From positions 33,790,001 to 33,854,000 of the forward strand of contig CM060731.1 in NCBI GenBank assembly GCA_030704615.1: a stretch of 64,000 nt of DNA. The letters run 5' to 3'. A model generated the notes under the pieces. The model saw nothing but the letters and a program-made list of their open reading frames with translations, was not told where the DNA came from and did not search any database. Position 1 is the first letter of the stretch, and each line of letters begins with the position of its first letter. Source of the stretch: Takakia lepidozioides. Its lineage: Eukaryota; Plantae; Bryophyta. The position numbers and the translations under genes are program-made. Below, one piece after another: positions 1 through 14,400 of the stretch.

Positions 1-1650
1 AGGGAAGGCTTCCATGTCATGGCGGCTTCTAGAGTGGATGTGTAAAATACCACTTAATGGAAGTGAAGGCAGACAAGGTATTTATGCAGATCACGACGAA
101 AGGGATGGTGGTTATTGTCATCTTGACAGTCGGTAAAGATACGGCTTTCTGTTTGAACCAGACACAGCCCCGTGATTTTTTCCTGGATTTCTTGATCTCC
201 TGCAGGGGCCAAGTGGTCTTTTCATCCCTGGAATTTGTTGGTTATGTCCCAGTAGAATAACTGGAAGCAGGCTTTCTGGCCTTGCTGATGGACTAACCTT
301 ACACTTCTATGATTATATATCAGGGACTCTTGTACCATTCTGGTACAGTGAGAATCTTATCAAAATGACTCCAGGAAAGATTATCTGGGACAGGGGATGT
401 TTCAGCGTCTTTTGTGAAACTGGATTGAAACCCTGGATCTGTTACGAGGAGCGACGGATTATGTAGATAATACAGGCCGAGATGCTCGGGCAGATGTCGA
501 GATACTCTCTGCGGGGTGCTATCATACTGCGTTGAATTTGCAGAAAGGCAATGCCACGATCCAGCAAATGGATCATGACCTGATAGCAGCAGATCCCGTG
601 ATGATGAATATGCAGAAAAGGCGGCATCCCTGTGTGCCGCAGGGGGAGCCCGGTGCTCTCTTCGCCGAGTCCTCATCCAGGTATGCGCATGGTTTCCACT
701 TTTTCAGATTACCACCATGTCCACAACCTGGTTGGCTTGCAGCATGTATCTGAAGGGTACGGTGATTATGCTACATTTGTTCCCTGTATCGTAGCCTGCT
801 CCTTGGGTTTTGATGATGTTGTATCCGATCTCGATAGCTACATGCAGACAGATTAATGGTTGATTGTTCCCTGTGGCTGAAATCTTTCCTTAAGGGTGTG
901 GGCCTTGTGAGAAGTTTATTCCCTGTGATATGGTTTGTGGTGCATGTGCCAATGGCAATGTAGTTACATTGTTAATGAAGTATTGACTCGAGACATTAAC
1001 ATCACCCTAGAGAGCATCGTGTCCACTCTGGCAATGTGCTCTCTAGTTAAACATGCAGGAAGCCTTCCATGGGGGCCCAGACACACATACAGGCTGTTTC
1101 ACTTTGATTTTTGCCTTGCAGATTATATCAAGGAGTGCTTTGAATCCTTGGACCCTTCAAGTACTGAAGGGATTTGACTCTATGAAGGGCTTTGTGGTGT
1201 GATGTTTGAGGAGCAGAGTGTAGACATGTTCGGGCAGCGCGTGGGCTTTGTTAAGTTCAAAGCTGAGGTCGTGGATGATGAGACAGGTGCTAAGGTAATC
1301 TCTTGGATTATGGTGATGTAGAATATACGAGTATACAGAATTCCTGTGGACTGTTCCCTGTGAACATTGACTTGGAGGAACCCTCACGCACATGGTCCCT
1401 CCCTCATGGAATTTGTGTTGGGTTTAAAGGAGCAGTAAGGTTGAAGTTACTCTCCAATAGAGCTAATGACATATGCTTAAAAGGATAAGTTGAGTTTCAA
1501 GATTACATCACATTAGGAAGCATATTGTTGACTACAGCCCTGCTAGTGTAGCCCTAGAGTTACAACAAGTCTGGTTAATATCACGCGTAGTATTAAATTT
1601 TCCAGAACTTTTGATTCTAGCACCTCTCATATTTTGTGGTGGGGAACCAG

Positions 1651-3720
1651 TTGCCAGGCATAGTATTTGCAAGGGGTGGAGCTGTTGGCATTTTGATGCT
1701 CTTGGAGTGTGAGGGCGAGAAGTATGCAGTTCTCACTGAACAGGTCTGCTCAGCTCAATTTACATTTAGGGTTAGGGTAAACTACAATGTTGCATATGGG
1801 GTGGCTTATCAGAGCTGTGGTAGATCCGTAACAAGATTTTCGTCCATCTGATAAGGTTCTATGGCAGAATGGGAGCTGTAATTTGGGATCCTTGCGGCGA
1901 TCTTTTAATTAAGGCCACCAGGAGGGGTTTTGTGTCATTTAATCTTGATGATGTCGACAAATGCAAAAAGTTGTACTTGAATGATAATGTTTTCAACTCC
2001 TGTGCACAGGCAAGGGTTCCAGTAGGGCGGACCAGACTGGAGCTTCCTGCTGGCATGCTGGATGATGATGCCGGGGACTTTGTTGGAACCGCTGCCCGAG
2101 AGGTAAGCTGTTCTTTTGTTTCCTCCCCACAGACTGCTGTCCTTCTTTTCCACGAATCTTACTGGTTAGAATTTAAAGTCTGCAAGGTGGTGATGAAGTA
2201 CTTTGGTTGGGACTTGGGACTCAGTAGGTGGAAGAAGAAGTGGGCATTCACATCAAAACCTCAGAGCTTGTTGATCTTACAGCTCTGTTGGACGAGTCAA
2301 CTGGTCGCAAAATGTTCCCCTCACCGGTATCTTCTATCCTCTTTGATACGGCTTCGTGTGTTCTGCTCTCTCTGCTCTCAGTATGCTCTGGCCAATGGTA
2401 CAAGATCGTCGTACGAGCGATCATGAGTTCAAAGCTGTTGGATGTCACCCATTATAGCCAACCCAGCTATAAAAGGATACCTAATGTGTGGGTATCTGGG
2501 GTCGTCGAGTCCTTGGGGGAAGTTTGGGCAACTGCCGGTCACGGCCCTTAGAAGGTGTGCACCTTCCAAACTGAAGGCAGTAGTCCTTCGGGTGAAGAGA
2601 CTATGCTCGCTGTGGCAGGCGTCAACCTTTTCTTGGTACGGCCAAGCCATTATTTGGCAGGTGGCAAGGGTTCTTCAATCTCTTATATGTTAACGCTCAG
2701 CTTGGTATTGGGCTGACAAGTGGAAGTGGCTGGCTGACAAAATGAAAAAGAGAGAAAGTTAGTGTTTGTATTGTATGGCGTGCTGACCTTTCTTGTTTTG
2801 TCTAGATCCATGTCACAGCTGTATATTGTTTTGACTTTGTGGTTTTGTGTATCAAACAGGGTGGAAGTGATGAAGATCTTTCATTGCTCAATTTGTGCTC
2901 AATGCCACAATTTGGCTAAAGAGTTCACCACTGTGCTATGAGCCCTCTGGGCCTCCTTAATCAACAAAGCCTTCCTTGCAGGTTACTTTCAGTCGGTATT
3001 AGTACCCTCTATGCAGGTTGTATGATCAAGAGTACTGGATTTTTCAGTTGCTTATTCCCTGATTACTAGTGGGTCATGGAATGTATGATGCCAGCATTAG
3101 AGAATAAAGGAATGATGATCCAATGAATCATCACTCACAGATTTGCAGCCAAAGAGAGAGCTCTTAATTTCACCACTGAAGGATACAGCCCATTTGGTAG
3201 TAAACCACTGACCAGCTGCCTGAGTTGAGAGAGAATGGCGCCTCGTCCTAAGCATTCAGCACTTCCCATTCTTTCAACTCTATTAAGTTTCTTTTGGATG
3301 TTCTCATTTGTACTAGAGTCTATGTTGAATGGTCTTTTTTTTTCTGCAATGAATTGTCACATTGCCATAACTGTTTGTTTGCATGTTATGGACTCATTTC
3401 TCCAGCTTGTTGGTGTAAAAATCAGTGGTTGATGCGAACAGGCAGAACTAAGTACTTATATGCTGCTGAACAGAATTTTAAAGTAGCAATGTAGTGTGAT
3501 GACCCCTTAGATTGAACATATTTTGGCAGGTGATAGAATCATTACAAGGACAATAGACACGCCTGCAGAGCATGGAGAGCTGATCAAGGTGCACGTAGTA
3601 CCTTACCACACCCTTTGGCGCTCCACACCTGACTCCAAGGCTTTGGCTGCCATTGCCATTTATGAGATGGCTTTACAGTTGAACCCTTCTCCACCTGCTC
3701 CTAATGTGCTGCCTCATTAG
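1651..3720 (+). pseudogene. NUDX14: Nudix hydrolase 14-like (ADP-sugar pyrophosphatase), multi-exon, apparently disrupted
   Basis: GT-AG exons 1651-1743 (LPGIVFARGGAVGILMLLECEGEKYAVLTEQ), 2010-2102 (ARVPVGRTRLELPAGMLDDDAGDFVGTAARE, Nudix box), 2228-2326 (VEEEVG...FPSP), 2860-~2887 (GGSDEDLSL, then similarity is lost) and ~3530-3720 (VIESLQGQ*TRL / EHGELIKVHVVPY...). The last exon has a stop and a frameshift; N-terminal exons were not found. Confidence 0.8.
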
Positions 3721-5495
3721 AGTCTGTGCATTCAGATTGTGTGTCATTGTGGAGTTCAAAGCACTTTCCTTTGTCAACAAAGTTTTTGGTTGGAAAGTTG
3801 AAGAGTGCAAGAGAAGTGAGACACTGGTCACCTTATTATGTCCTACAGACACCTAACAGGTGCATGGATGAAGCTATAGTTCTGTTCCGTTTGGTGGGGT
3901 GAAGAGGTAATTTACTGTTCTGTTTTTTTGTGACTGTGGGATTGAACACCTGGGGACAGGGGATTCATAAATGATTTTGAGTGCTGGCTACCAAGATCTC
4001 AGAGTTACTGCTGGATCTGCTATTTTAACACATGAGGAAAAAGGAATATAGTGGCGGAGAGAGGGGGGGGGACAGTAGAAGAAAAAACAGATGGTAAGCT
4101 CGAAGCAGGTTCATTGATCTCAATCCACCTACTGTAACAAAAATAACAGTCTATCTATCATACTTTAATTGCAGATTATACATAAGATCTGCCACTGAGA
4201 ACAAACATTCAAATTAACAGCTGCTGTAATCTTGAACATACCTGAAGCTAAGCTGTTGCGGAGTCGCTATCACTTTAACAAGCCTTGCACTTCCGACGGG
4301 TCTTGATTAGCACCAGGCAGCCCTACTCTCTATCAATCTCAAACACACACACGGCGCTCGCCATCACTGCCAGCAAGATAACTCAATTGCCTTCATCTCC
4401 ATCTTCGTCGTCCTCAACACACACACACGTAGATCCTACAGGTTTTTTCCCTTCGTATTTGCAGAGACGTTTTCTGACGGAGTATCCTGAACGGGCAATG
4501 ACTTCTTAGGCGCAAGGTCTAGTGGGATCGTACGCCCTGTCATCTTTTCTTCTCTTAAATTCCTTTCTCTTTAAGTAACCCTATATCTTTAAGCAGAGGA
4601 AGTCCCCCCACCTCGGGCCCACGTCGGTGTTGGGGTCGAGCACATCGCGGTGAGCCCTCGCAGGGAAGAGTTCCCATATACACAACAAGACAGAGGAAAG
4701 AGTGAGGAAGAGAAGGCAGGTGTGTGGGATCCGCGTGAGGATGTCCTCGTAATATAGTGCGGCAGGAACCACCCTTGGGAGCATTTCTCGGTTGATATCT
4801 TGGACAGGTCTGCGCCACCATTTGGACGGAATATCCCATGGATATCCGCATTGTTGATGTCGTTGCAGTGGATTATACGGACGTGGATGGGACAGGCTCG
4901 AGCAGTCCAGCAGAGTTACAGGCTCAGCAATCTTCATGAATGCGGTTCACAGTCCTGCAGGTACTGAAATAGATAGAGGGTGGCTATCTCGGAACGGATT
5001 CGTTCGTTCAAACTAGTCGATTGATGGCTCCAGCAACGTATGCAATCGGCCCAACGGCATCGGAAACTGCAAGTACGATGCTGGACTGCGATAAGTGAGT
5101 TATTCTTGACCGGAGAGGGTTAATCTCTCTCTTCACCTCCCAGTTTGGTTGAGTTTGGTTTGTCAATACTTCATAGCTAAAGTGGTAGACTTGGGACGTA
5201 TGCAGATCTACTCGGCATCAGAACCCGTAGACTTCTCTGCAAGTGCATGGCTGTTTACAGCCTGTGTACTCCTTTAATTTTTCTATCTACAAAATCTCTA
5301 CGTGTGTTTGCAGGAAACTGCATGATGTCTTCGTGATATCTCCAACTGTAATTTGGAACGTATTGTGGCACTAGCTATCTAATTTACATGTATTGCACTA
5401 TTTCGGTTTGCAACTTGCTTCTGAACTACAGTGGCGCTTTGCTCAATTTTAGATTTTTAAATAAGACTGACAATGATCGCATGTTTATATTCCAG

Positions 5496-5682
5496 TGGGG
5501 ATCCCACTATGTTCAAGTCCTACTGGGATTATGTAGGAGTCGACCAGGAGCGTCTGACCCGAGCCAGTGATCGCATGAGCTACTTTGCGGAGAACAAGGG
5601 ATACAACAATGCAGGCATCTGGTTTGTCCATGCAGATCTTGACGATGCAATTAGGGATTTGCATAATCTTGTTGGCAACGCC
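5496..5682 (+). pseudogene. Tryptophan aminotransferase (TAA1/TAR, alliinase family) exon fragment, 3'-truncated
   Basis: After an AG acceptor: GDPTMFKSYW...MSYF...WFVHADLDDAIRDLHNLVGNA, matching the TAA1/TAR N-terminal region. Similarity stops abruptly at ~5682. Confidence 0.75.
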
Positions 5683-8293
5683 TGTGCCGGATACGCCTGC
5701 TTGATGGGTCAATCAACAACACATGAAAAATACAGTTAGATCATCTGCATTGACAAGATAGAGCCACTGTTCTACAGATCCTTTTACTCCATGACTGGTA
5801 GTACAATACGCGTGAAGTCCGAACGAATTTTTAGAGAGACAATGCCTGAGCCTCACGAAGCAGGAAATTTGATAACAGATCTTTAATCACTGGCTGCAGT
5901 TGAAGGTGAGAGGCCAGCATTTCAGGTACACTCATATAATACAATATATTGATGAGTTTAAAACGAATCGTACGGAGTGATATGGAGCAGCAGCAATCAC
6001 TGGTGTTGGAAACGTTTCTTCCGGATTTGACAAAGTGTAAATTGCAGCTAGGAAAAGGTGGGTCGATCCCGTCCCGACAATAAGAATTTTAACAATCCTG
6101 ATGGAACAATACGCGAAGCTTTGAAGGTGACAGCTTCTGGCGGGTCAGTGATTCATGACCTGTTGTGGAACCCGTGGTAAATTACAGTCCCCTACACTTG
6201 TCGTCGATGTCAACTAAGAACCTCAAAAGCAAGAGAGAAAGACATAAAGCAAAAAGAATCCTAATCACCAAAAGCACCTTGAGCGATTGGGGAAGATAAT
6301 AACTGTGCGCCATCGCCACCAGCAAGCCACCTCCAGCACAATTAAGGAGAAGTGAAGCATACAAGCATCCTTGCTAGGTTTAAGAAGGGAGAGAGAGATA
6401 TTTCCCAACCCGAGCGCCGCCGCGAAACATAAAAGCCAGAGGAGGGAAAGAGACGATGCATTCACAACATTGTCTCCCGCCTGTGAGAAGAGACAAAACG
6501 CCGCCATTGCGCACCCCCAGGAGCTCGTCCAGCATGGATACGAAGCAGCAGACAGGGTCGCAGCAAAACGCAGATGCCATAACTCTCATCCCGCGAGCTC
6601 AAAAGCACGAGGAGTGCTGCTGATGGCGGGAAAGACACCCTAGGGCCATGCCCGATTTTTCATCCGTGCAGCATGAGTAATCAACACTACTTTTTTCGAA
6701 ACCCGACGGATGTCATCCGTTAGCTAGGTTTAAACAATAGGTTGTAGGGTAGAGATTAGGGTTTCATTTCTTAATGAGCCATAATTAAGGATAATTAATT
6801 ATTAAACAACAGTTCAGGGCCATCATAGGCTGCATATTTCATCTAGTTCAGATGAAAAAGTTAATAAGTTCATCCAGTTGGAGAAGGTTCGTCAATAGGA
6901 TGGAAAAACAGTACATAATATCCAAGGCAACGGTTTCACATCCTAACAAGTAATTCAACATCCCCAAAAAAATGCCTCATCCAGTACGGAAAAAAACCAT
7001 GAAAGAGGAATAAACGAATTAATGGAAGGCTATAGCAGCAGTGGCTTAATGATCGTCCTACTCTGCATGATCGATGGTCTCTAGTATTAATAATACTCCT
7101 TTCCCTTCGAACCTGCTTGCTGGTTGTGGTATATCAGTGGGCTCAACCCCCCCAACCAGGTATGTCATATCAAATGTTCGCAGGAATGATGGGGATACAG
7201 AGGCGGTCATAGCAAGGAGATGTGAAAACAGACGTGCAGGACATCAACATTGGGGTTGAATAAATGAACAGAAGAAACAACAGGCAGTGAACAGGTGACA
7301 CACACAAACGCCACTGAATAGATGAAGATCAGGGATTGTGAAAGTACAGAAAGATCAGGGAGCCGCAATTTTGCAGCACGGGACAAAGATAGAGCCTTGT
7401 GGCCATTGACCCGCGCCCGGTGTGAGCAGAACACAAAGGGATAGAACCTACCTTTGTCAGAGGCTGATGCCCTTAGTAAGACTTACCTTTGAATAAACAA
7501 TTATTGATCCGGGTTTCCCAGCTATCAGCCTTCATTGTGTTTCTCTTGTTGCTGTTGCTCATGACTGTCAGATTCCACGCAGCCTTCCCGTTGGAGTGAG
7601 TGTCGACCTTTCACCTTTTCCACATGGGCATTCTGAAACAAAATCAGTGGGTTTCACACATGCCAACTTCCAGTCTGCACTATGATTCGCTGAGAACCCA
7701 CAGTTCATCTGATTTCAACCGCCTGAATAACACCTACACAAGGACTATTTCCCCAAACGAGCTAGATCAGCCACACAACAGCATTATTCGATCCCTCTTA
7801 GTACCTACCTGTCTGTCTGGTAAATCCAACCCCCCACCGACACACATAAAACCCTGCCAATGCACCTTTTATCCTGTGGTCTCTGTGCGCGTTGTCCACC
7901 TAGTAAGGTGCCAAACCAGCTTCACTAGCTGGAAGGAACAAGGGTTGTGACTAATCATCTCTCTCACAGGTGGCAACCATGATGACTAAGAGGGAGAGAC
8001 AAACCATTGCCTGTGTAGGTAATGAAGTAATCTGCAAATTCGTTGACTCGTTGCTGTAGCTACAACTCAGATCATCATCACCTCAGAAATTCTTGACTTC
8101 TCTCACACTTCAGAGTATGATCATAGAATTCCCTCATTAAAAGTGCTGCCTGACAATCTTTGTGCCAAAATGAGTGCATGTTCCTTGTGTCCCAGACCCC
8201 ATGGTTGCAAACTGGTGGGCGTCAAATCCAATCCTCACCACCAATTTCCAGAACATAAATGTTTCATCCACATGGAAATTACGTCTGGGGATT

Positions 8294-9402
8294 TCATATC
8301 CCGTGACCTAAGAATTTTTTATTTTGGAGATACTGTACTGACACATATCTGTACACATCACTATAGCTCAGACAAAATGATTCTCCACTCAAGACTTCAG
8401 TAGCAATGATTATCCGGGTGAGATCTGGACATACATGGGTTCCCGAAGTAAGTGCCATCCAAGTGCCAAGCACGTTAGAATTCTCCTCCATAACCCCAGT
8501 AGATTCCATGTCACTTCCACGCACAATTGATGTAATTAAGACCAACCGACTATATGCACCCAACGAATCCTCATATTCGCCAAGTTTAGAAGGCACAGTG
8601 TGAATTATTCCTCTCCAGATGAACACGTCATGAGTCTCAGGCTTGTTCACCTCTTTCCTTCTCAGATTCAACATCACCCGAGAATTCTGAATGACAGACT
8701 CAGAGTCATGTGCAAGAGCAACACATACAACCCCTAAATTCCACCGAACTTGACCCTCACTGCAATGGAAAGACCTTCCTGGATAGGGCTATGCACATGC
8801 ACACCCGCTGATTGCCCCAACCATATTGATGCCACACTTGGGGCTGATGGGATTACTAAATCAGGTGGAATGGCGGGGTGTAAAGAGGGAAGTGGAGTGG
8901 TGGGAAGCACCTGCAAAGAAAGCTTTGGAAGGAGATGAACGACCTCACGCGATGCATGCGGGCAAATAAATGTCCAACAAACATTTCTTATCAGGTCGGC
9001 AAACCAGCCATAGCGATGCCGCTCGGACAGCTGCTGGTAAGCAACAAAAGTGTCCACCCTCAAGTTGGCTACAATGCACCGCACACACTTGTCACAAAAC
9101 TCCATCCAACAAAAACACCCTGCGACCAGTGCTGCCATCACATTATCTCCAGTGAAAACTGGGCTCATACCATACATGTAGGAGAAGGCAATCTCCAGCC
9201 CCTCCGCGCTCACAGAAGGGTCACCAATCTGCAGTTCGATTTGCAGCTTTCTGTACTCTGTCCAGGGGCCTGAGAGAAGTAAATGGAAGTACGAAGACTG
9301 CAAGAGTATATCTGATAGAGCGGATAGTCCTTCCCCATAAAATTTAAGGTTATGTCCAAGAACATATGCCCCTGCAACCCCTGCTGCTGCACATGCTCGC
9401 AA
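8294..9402 (-). pseudogene. BTB/POZ-BACK domain protein, frameshifted
   Basis: ILLQSSYFHLLLSGPWTE...IELQIGDPSVSAEGLEIAFSYMYG...NVMAALVAG is a BTB core followed by a BACK-like segment. A frameshift near 9330 separates it from GKDYPL. A further probable exon lies at 8294-8677. Confidence 0.65.
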
Positions 9403-9968
9403 AGTGCAACCCCCGCCTCCACCACTGCACTTTTCCCCTCATTCCTCCTACTGTCCCACCCCGTTTCATCTCCCTCCTCTCTCCCCCAACCCGCTTCAAA
9501 TCGCAGTGCAACCCAGAATCTCTCATCTCTCCCTCACCCGCAGCCCAGGTGTTACTCCCGTCGTCTCAGGGAAAAAAAAACCTGCTGCACCTATCTCCTC
9601 CACAATGTGCAGCATCTGCTGGTCGCCAATAAATTTTCTTCTTGCATGGGCTCTGGCCTCTGCTTGCAAGCCAGGCCTCCTTCCTTAATACACGGTAGTG
9701 TTATGCGCTTCTTACTCCAGTTCTTTGGATGGTTTATGGACAGGCGGCCTGCAATCGAAAGCTTCGTGGATGGTTGCTGGACTTGCACAACACATCTGTC
9801 ACATTTTGCTTAACCTAATGGAATTTCAGTTTTTCTTTTACATGGGTCTTTTTTTTTAACAGTTGGCAACCCATACATATTTTTCATTATGTGAAATCCA
9901 TAAAATTGAGAATAACCCATCAGGTTTTCATGCAATGGGTATGGGATCTCTAGAAACATAGAAAAATC

Positions 9969-10018
9969 CCTAATATTGCGTACTTGATTGCGCGCGCAAT
10001 CAAATGCGCAATATTAGG
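9969..10018. repeat. 50-bp near-perfect palindrome
   Basis: cctaatattgcgtacttgattgcgc|gcgcaatcaaatgcgcaatattagg, two mismatches. Confidence 0.85.
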
Positions 10019-10979
10019 ACCAAACACATTTTCTTTTCTTCAGTTTATGATCATTGATCCCGGAGTGAGATACATTGCTAGAGCCAACAATGTATGAAAT
10101 CTCTTGACTTGGAACCAAACATCCAAAGGCCAATAAGTATTTGTACTTCATAAGACACAAAGGACAATGTCAGGCCTATGTGGCTCTCTCTCCAGTTGGC
10201 ACTAGTGGTTCAAACCCCACACTTGTCTCCACAAGGGACTATACCCTCATGGTAAAAGTCACAACTAAAATTGGAGGACAGCCAATGGCTGCACTTTCAC
10301 TGTAGCTGATAGGCGAAACAAGGGAGCACCGCAGACACAACCTATCTCGCTTGACTTCATTTGCAATGTGAGGACTCTCATACAACTTTACTTTTACATG
10401 AAACGGCTTACACAGAAACAACAAGGAAGGTGAGAATAATCAATAAGACAACTAGAAAGACAATCATCATCACATCCCTTCTATCCAGCCTTCTTCATCA
10501 TGATAGCCAACCTTTTCTGCGCACCAACCCGTAGAGACATTCCCATTTTTCTGTTACCTCAAGACGAGTCACAATGCTTAATGCATAACATGTATGCAAA
10601 GTAGTCTTTCAAAGAAATCTTTCTCTGACACACACCGTCATGTACACAAACGAAATGCTCACTCACTAGGCAAACTGAGCTCTTTGATTGTCTTGGATAG
10701 GAAGGCAGGGTAGCTGTGACAGATGACCTATCTGAACAACCAAGGATGCCTCAGCGTGAGCCTAGTCGCGTGAGCGTGTGAGCAACTGCGCTCATGCCAC
10801 GTCACCTTGCGCCAACGCCACATCACGGGGCTCACTCCACGTCATCGCGCTTGAAGGCCGTGTCACCACGCGCCAAGGAAGAAGTGGAGTGTATTCCCGC
10901 GGAAGAGCAACCCTTTACCGCAGAAACAAGCTGGACGACGTAATAAAAGGACGTGGTCATTCCCACCTGAAAGCAACAG

Positions 10980-11335
10980 ATGAATGAGGGATGCATGAAT
11001 GTAGAGTGGATGATAAACATATGGATGAGTGCGAAAAATGAAAGTAGATGGATGAATGTGGGATGGGTATGAGTAAAATGGATGAATGTATAATGGATGC
11101 TGAATAATGGAAAACATTCATGACTGGAGGATGCATGAATATACTGTAGATGAATGTACAATGTATATGACATGAGTGAGGGTTTGTGGGGTGGATTACA
11201 GAGTACAGTGGATGAATGTACAATGGATGTTGAATAAAGGAAAACATTCATGAATGGAGCACGCATGAATACACAGTAGATGAATGCACAATGGATATGA
11301 GAAGAGTGAGTGGGGTTTGTGGGATGGATTCATAC
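10980..11335. repeat. Degenerate tandem repeat (~130-bp unit, GATGAATG-rich)
   Basis: 11081-11197 is repeated at 11211-11330, with a more degenerate copy upstream. Confidence 0.8.
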
Positions 11336-11462
11336 ATATTGCCATTTTAATGAAAGTAGATTCTTTGATTCTTTTTTTTCTACCGGAACAACTACAGTGG
11401 AGTAAGGCTAGGGGATTCAATGTTTTCCGAAGAGGATGAAACAGAACATTAAAAGAACAAAG

Positions 11463-14400
11463 TTAAGTCTGACTCAGAGTCAGTACGCCGGTCAATAAAA
11501 AGTCATGGGATAGAGTCTCGGCGGCATGAAGTGTCATTGCTTCGGCATACATAGGAAGCAGAAAATTGGAAAGGGGGCTGTCGAAAACAGACTCGCCACA
11601 AATGGGGGTATCTCCTGAAGATCCATCGCTGCCTTTCCTGCAAGTCACAGCCCCAAAAAAGTTATTACTGTAAATTTGATGTCCGAGAAATTGAGTATGG
11701 CTCCCAAAGTGGGTTTAGGACTTACTCACATGAAAAGTCGTTGTCGATCTGCTTATCCTCGGGATCGTCATCATTTCGGATTTGAATCCTCTCAGTCCAT
11801 GTGCCTGAAGTGGAGCCAGACAAAAGGGGGAGGAGCACTGTCTTGTAAAGGTCAGAATCACCCTCCATGCCAAAAAAGCTTCTTCCGCCTGCCTTGCATG
11901 CATGGTAAGTTGCTCCTACACCAGACAGGAGGACATGAATAGGTTGGTGGGGGGGGATTTAAGAAGATGAAACTAGTGAAAGAAAATCAATTCGGAAGGG
12001 AGAGAACGAACCTGTGGACACAGAAAGATCGACCACCCGTGCAAAATGGTGGCTGCATGACTCCAGCAGTATCTGCATGAACGCTGGGGTTTTGTCTTTT
12101 GCACCTCTCCAGGGAGTGCTATCTGGTCTCTTGAGAATCTGACTAGACTGCATGAAGTTGTACAAAATGTCATCGACATGTAGCTCATACGGGGGGTTGA
12201 CGAAACAACCCTGGTTAGAAATCTCAAAGCTGCGGACGGAGGATGGTGTCTTTGAGGTGCGAATCCTCCGCAGGCAGATCGCCTCGAACATCCTCGTCTG
12301 CCAAAGACTGCAGGTTATGGTGGTAAACACAAACTATAGTGGAAGTTTGTACATTGGCTATTCAAAACACAGGCATATAACAATCTGTTTTGTCTCTAAT
12401 CTGTGATGATCGGTGTCGATCATTACATATTCTTCTAGAGTGGAGCTGCAGAGAACATTGAAACGCAGCATGAAAGCACAAGCTGAAGGGAGACGGCATA
12501 CCAGCTGACCAGGACAACCCCCTTTCACAAGGTAGAGGCTGTTCACACAATTCCATGTGCGCAAAACTTCAAACCCAGAGGACTTCAGGTATGATGCCAA
12601 TGCCCGACGACTATCTTTGTCACATGACTGAAAAAGCAGAAGTGTCCCTGCATCAGAGAGGAAATTATTGCAGAACCCGAACACCCAACTCCAATAGTTG
12701 TCATCGAATTTGTTCCAGCTTGGCGTCTTGCCCTTTGGAAGAACTTCTGGCACAGCCTGGCCGTCCGGGATGTCGAGAATGACCATGTCAGCCGCAAATA
12801 TTTTCTGCACACCGCACACGAAGGTGGGACCAGTGCTCACCTGCAACAGAAATGTTCATTTTTAGAACGAAGACAATAATGTTTTCAAAGAACCAAACTT
12901 TAATACTGCAAATGACACTTACAGATGCAAAGGAAAGAAAATCAAATTCTCACCAGATTAAGGAATGAGATCCAGGTAGGCAAAGACACCCTAGTGTATC
13001 CGCTCTTTCGACTCTGCATCATCGTCAGCCAACCCTCATTGACAATCTTAATCTCTCATGCTGAATCAGCACGGGAAGGGTGTGGCCTGGCATCGAACAC
13101 GCACTGAATTGTGCGGGTATACCTTCCAACAGTGAAGTCCTTCTCACTCTCCTTTTCCTTCTCCATCTCCTTTTCTTTCTCCTTCCCCTTGTCCTTTTCC
13201 TTCTCCTTGTCCTTGGACTTGTCTTTGTCCTTTGGCTTTGCTGGTGATATGGCTATGACATCAGGAGCCTTGTCTTTTGGTTTGCGCCCCGCCTTCTTGC
13301 CCTTCTGCGTCGTTTCCTGAGCATCAGGCTCCTTGGCAGCCAATGTTGCTATGTTTCTTTGGTACTCCTCGTCATTCAGAGGCGCCAGCATCTCAGCATT
13401 ATTGTTCAAATATTTCATGTGCTGCTCTTGAAAGGTCATGTGCTCAGGTGGGCAGTCTAGGTACCAACCACGGTCTCTGAAGTGAGAATGACTCCAGTCC
13501 TTCAATATCCCTGTAGTGTACATGGTTGGATCGTTTGCAGGGTCCGACCACATGTCAAGATAGTCTGGAATACCGCTAAGGTGATTTCCATCCATAAGCA
13601 CATATTTCGTGTACCTGTGAAACACGAGACAAAACCCAACCCACCAAAGTGCGAAATGAGTAAGATGCCAGTAGCACAGAATGAAAAAAATGAGGAAGGA
13701 AATGGAGCTCAGAACAGCTCTAAGGAGCTCTCAGGAGCTCACAACAGCTCTGGATGTGAATGTCCTCAACGACATTCACAAAATTCCATTCAAGGACACT
13801 GCAAACACACCCTAAGTTCCTAATCCAGGTGAATGCAATCTCTGGCTTTGAAATGACACAGACATAGAAGTGAATGTCGGCAACGACATTCACTTTGGAT
13901 CTGTGATTACACTGCTAACAAAGCCTAACAATTTCTCACCAGAGGCAACACAATTTCCAGTAGGACATTCAACATATAAAACGTACAATAAATCTCAGGA
14001 GCTCACAACAGCTCTGGATGTGAATGTCGTCAACGCCATTCACAAAATTCCATTCAAGGACACTGCAAACACACCCTAAGTTCCTAATCTAGGTGAATGC
14101 AATCTCTAGCTTTGGAAGGACACAGACATAGAAGTGAATGTCGGCAACGACATTCACTTTGGATCTGTGATTACACTGCTAATAAAGCCTAACGATTTCT
14201 CACAAGAGGCAACACAGTTTCCAGTAGGACATTGCACCTGTACACAACTCACATCATGGCCCACTCTCCCCCAACCTGACTGTCAAAGTCGTTGGACCAT
14301 AAAATGTTGCCATCCTTGGAGAACTCTCGGAAAAAACAATATCTCCAGGTGAGACCTCTCCACTTCCTTATGTATGCCTCCAATGTCATTTGGGGCGGGG

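Noticed and set aside
1-1600. Possible degenerate retroelement or coding sequence on the minus strand
   Set aside because: No recognisable motif in any frame
5683-7000. Possible insertion(s) truncating the TAR fragment (TG start at ~5683; CATCC-rich segment from ~6642)
   Set aside because: No matching second terminus or TSD could be found
10832-11266. His/Ile-rich ORFs
   Set aside because: Products of the GATGAATG tandem repeat
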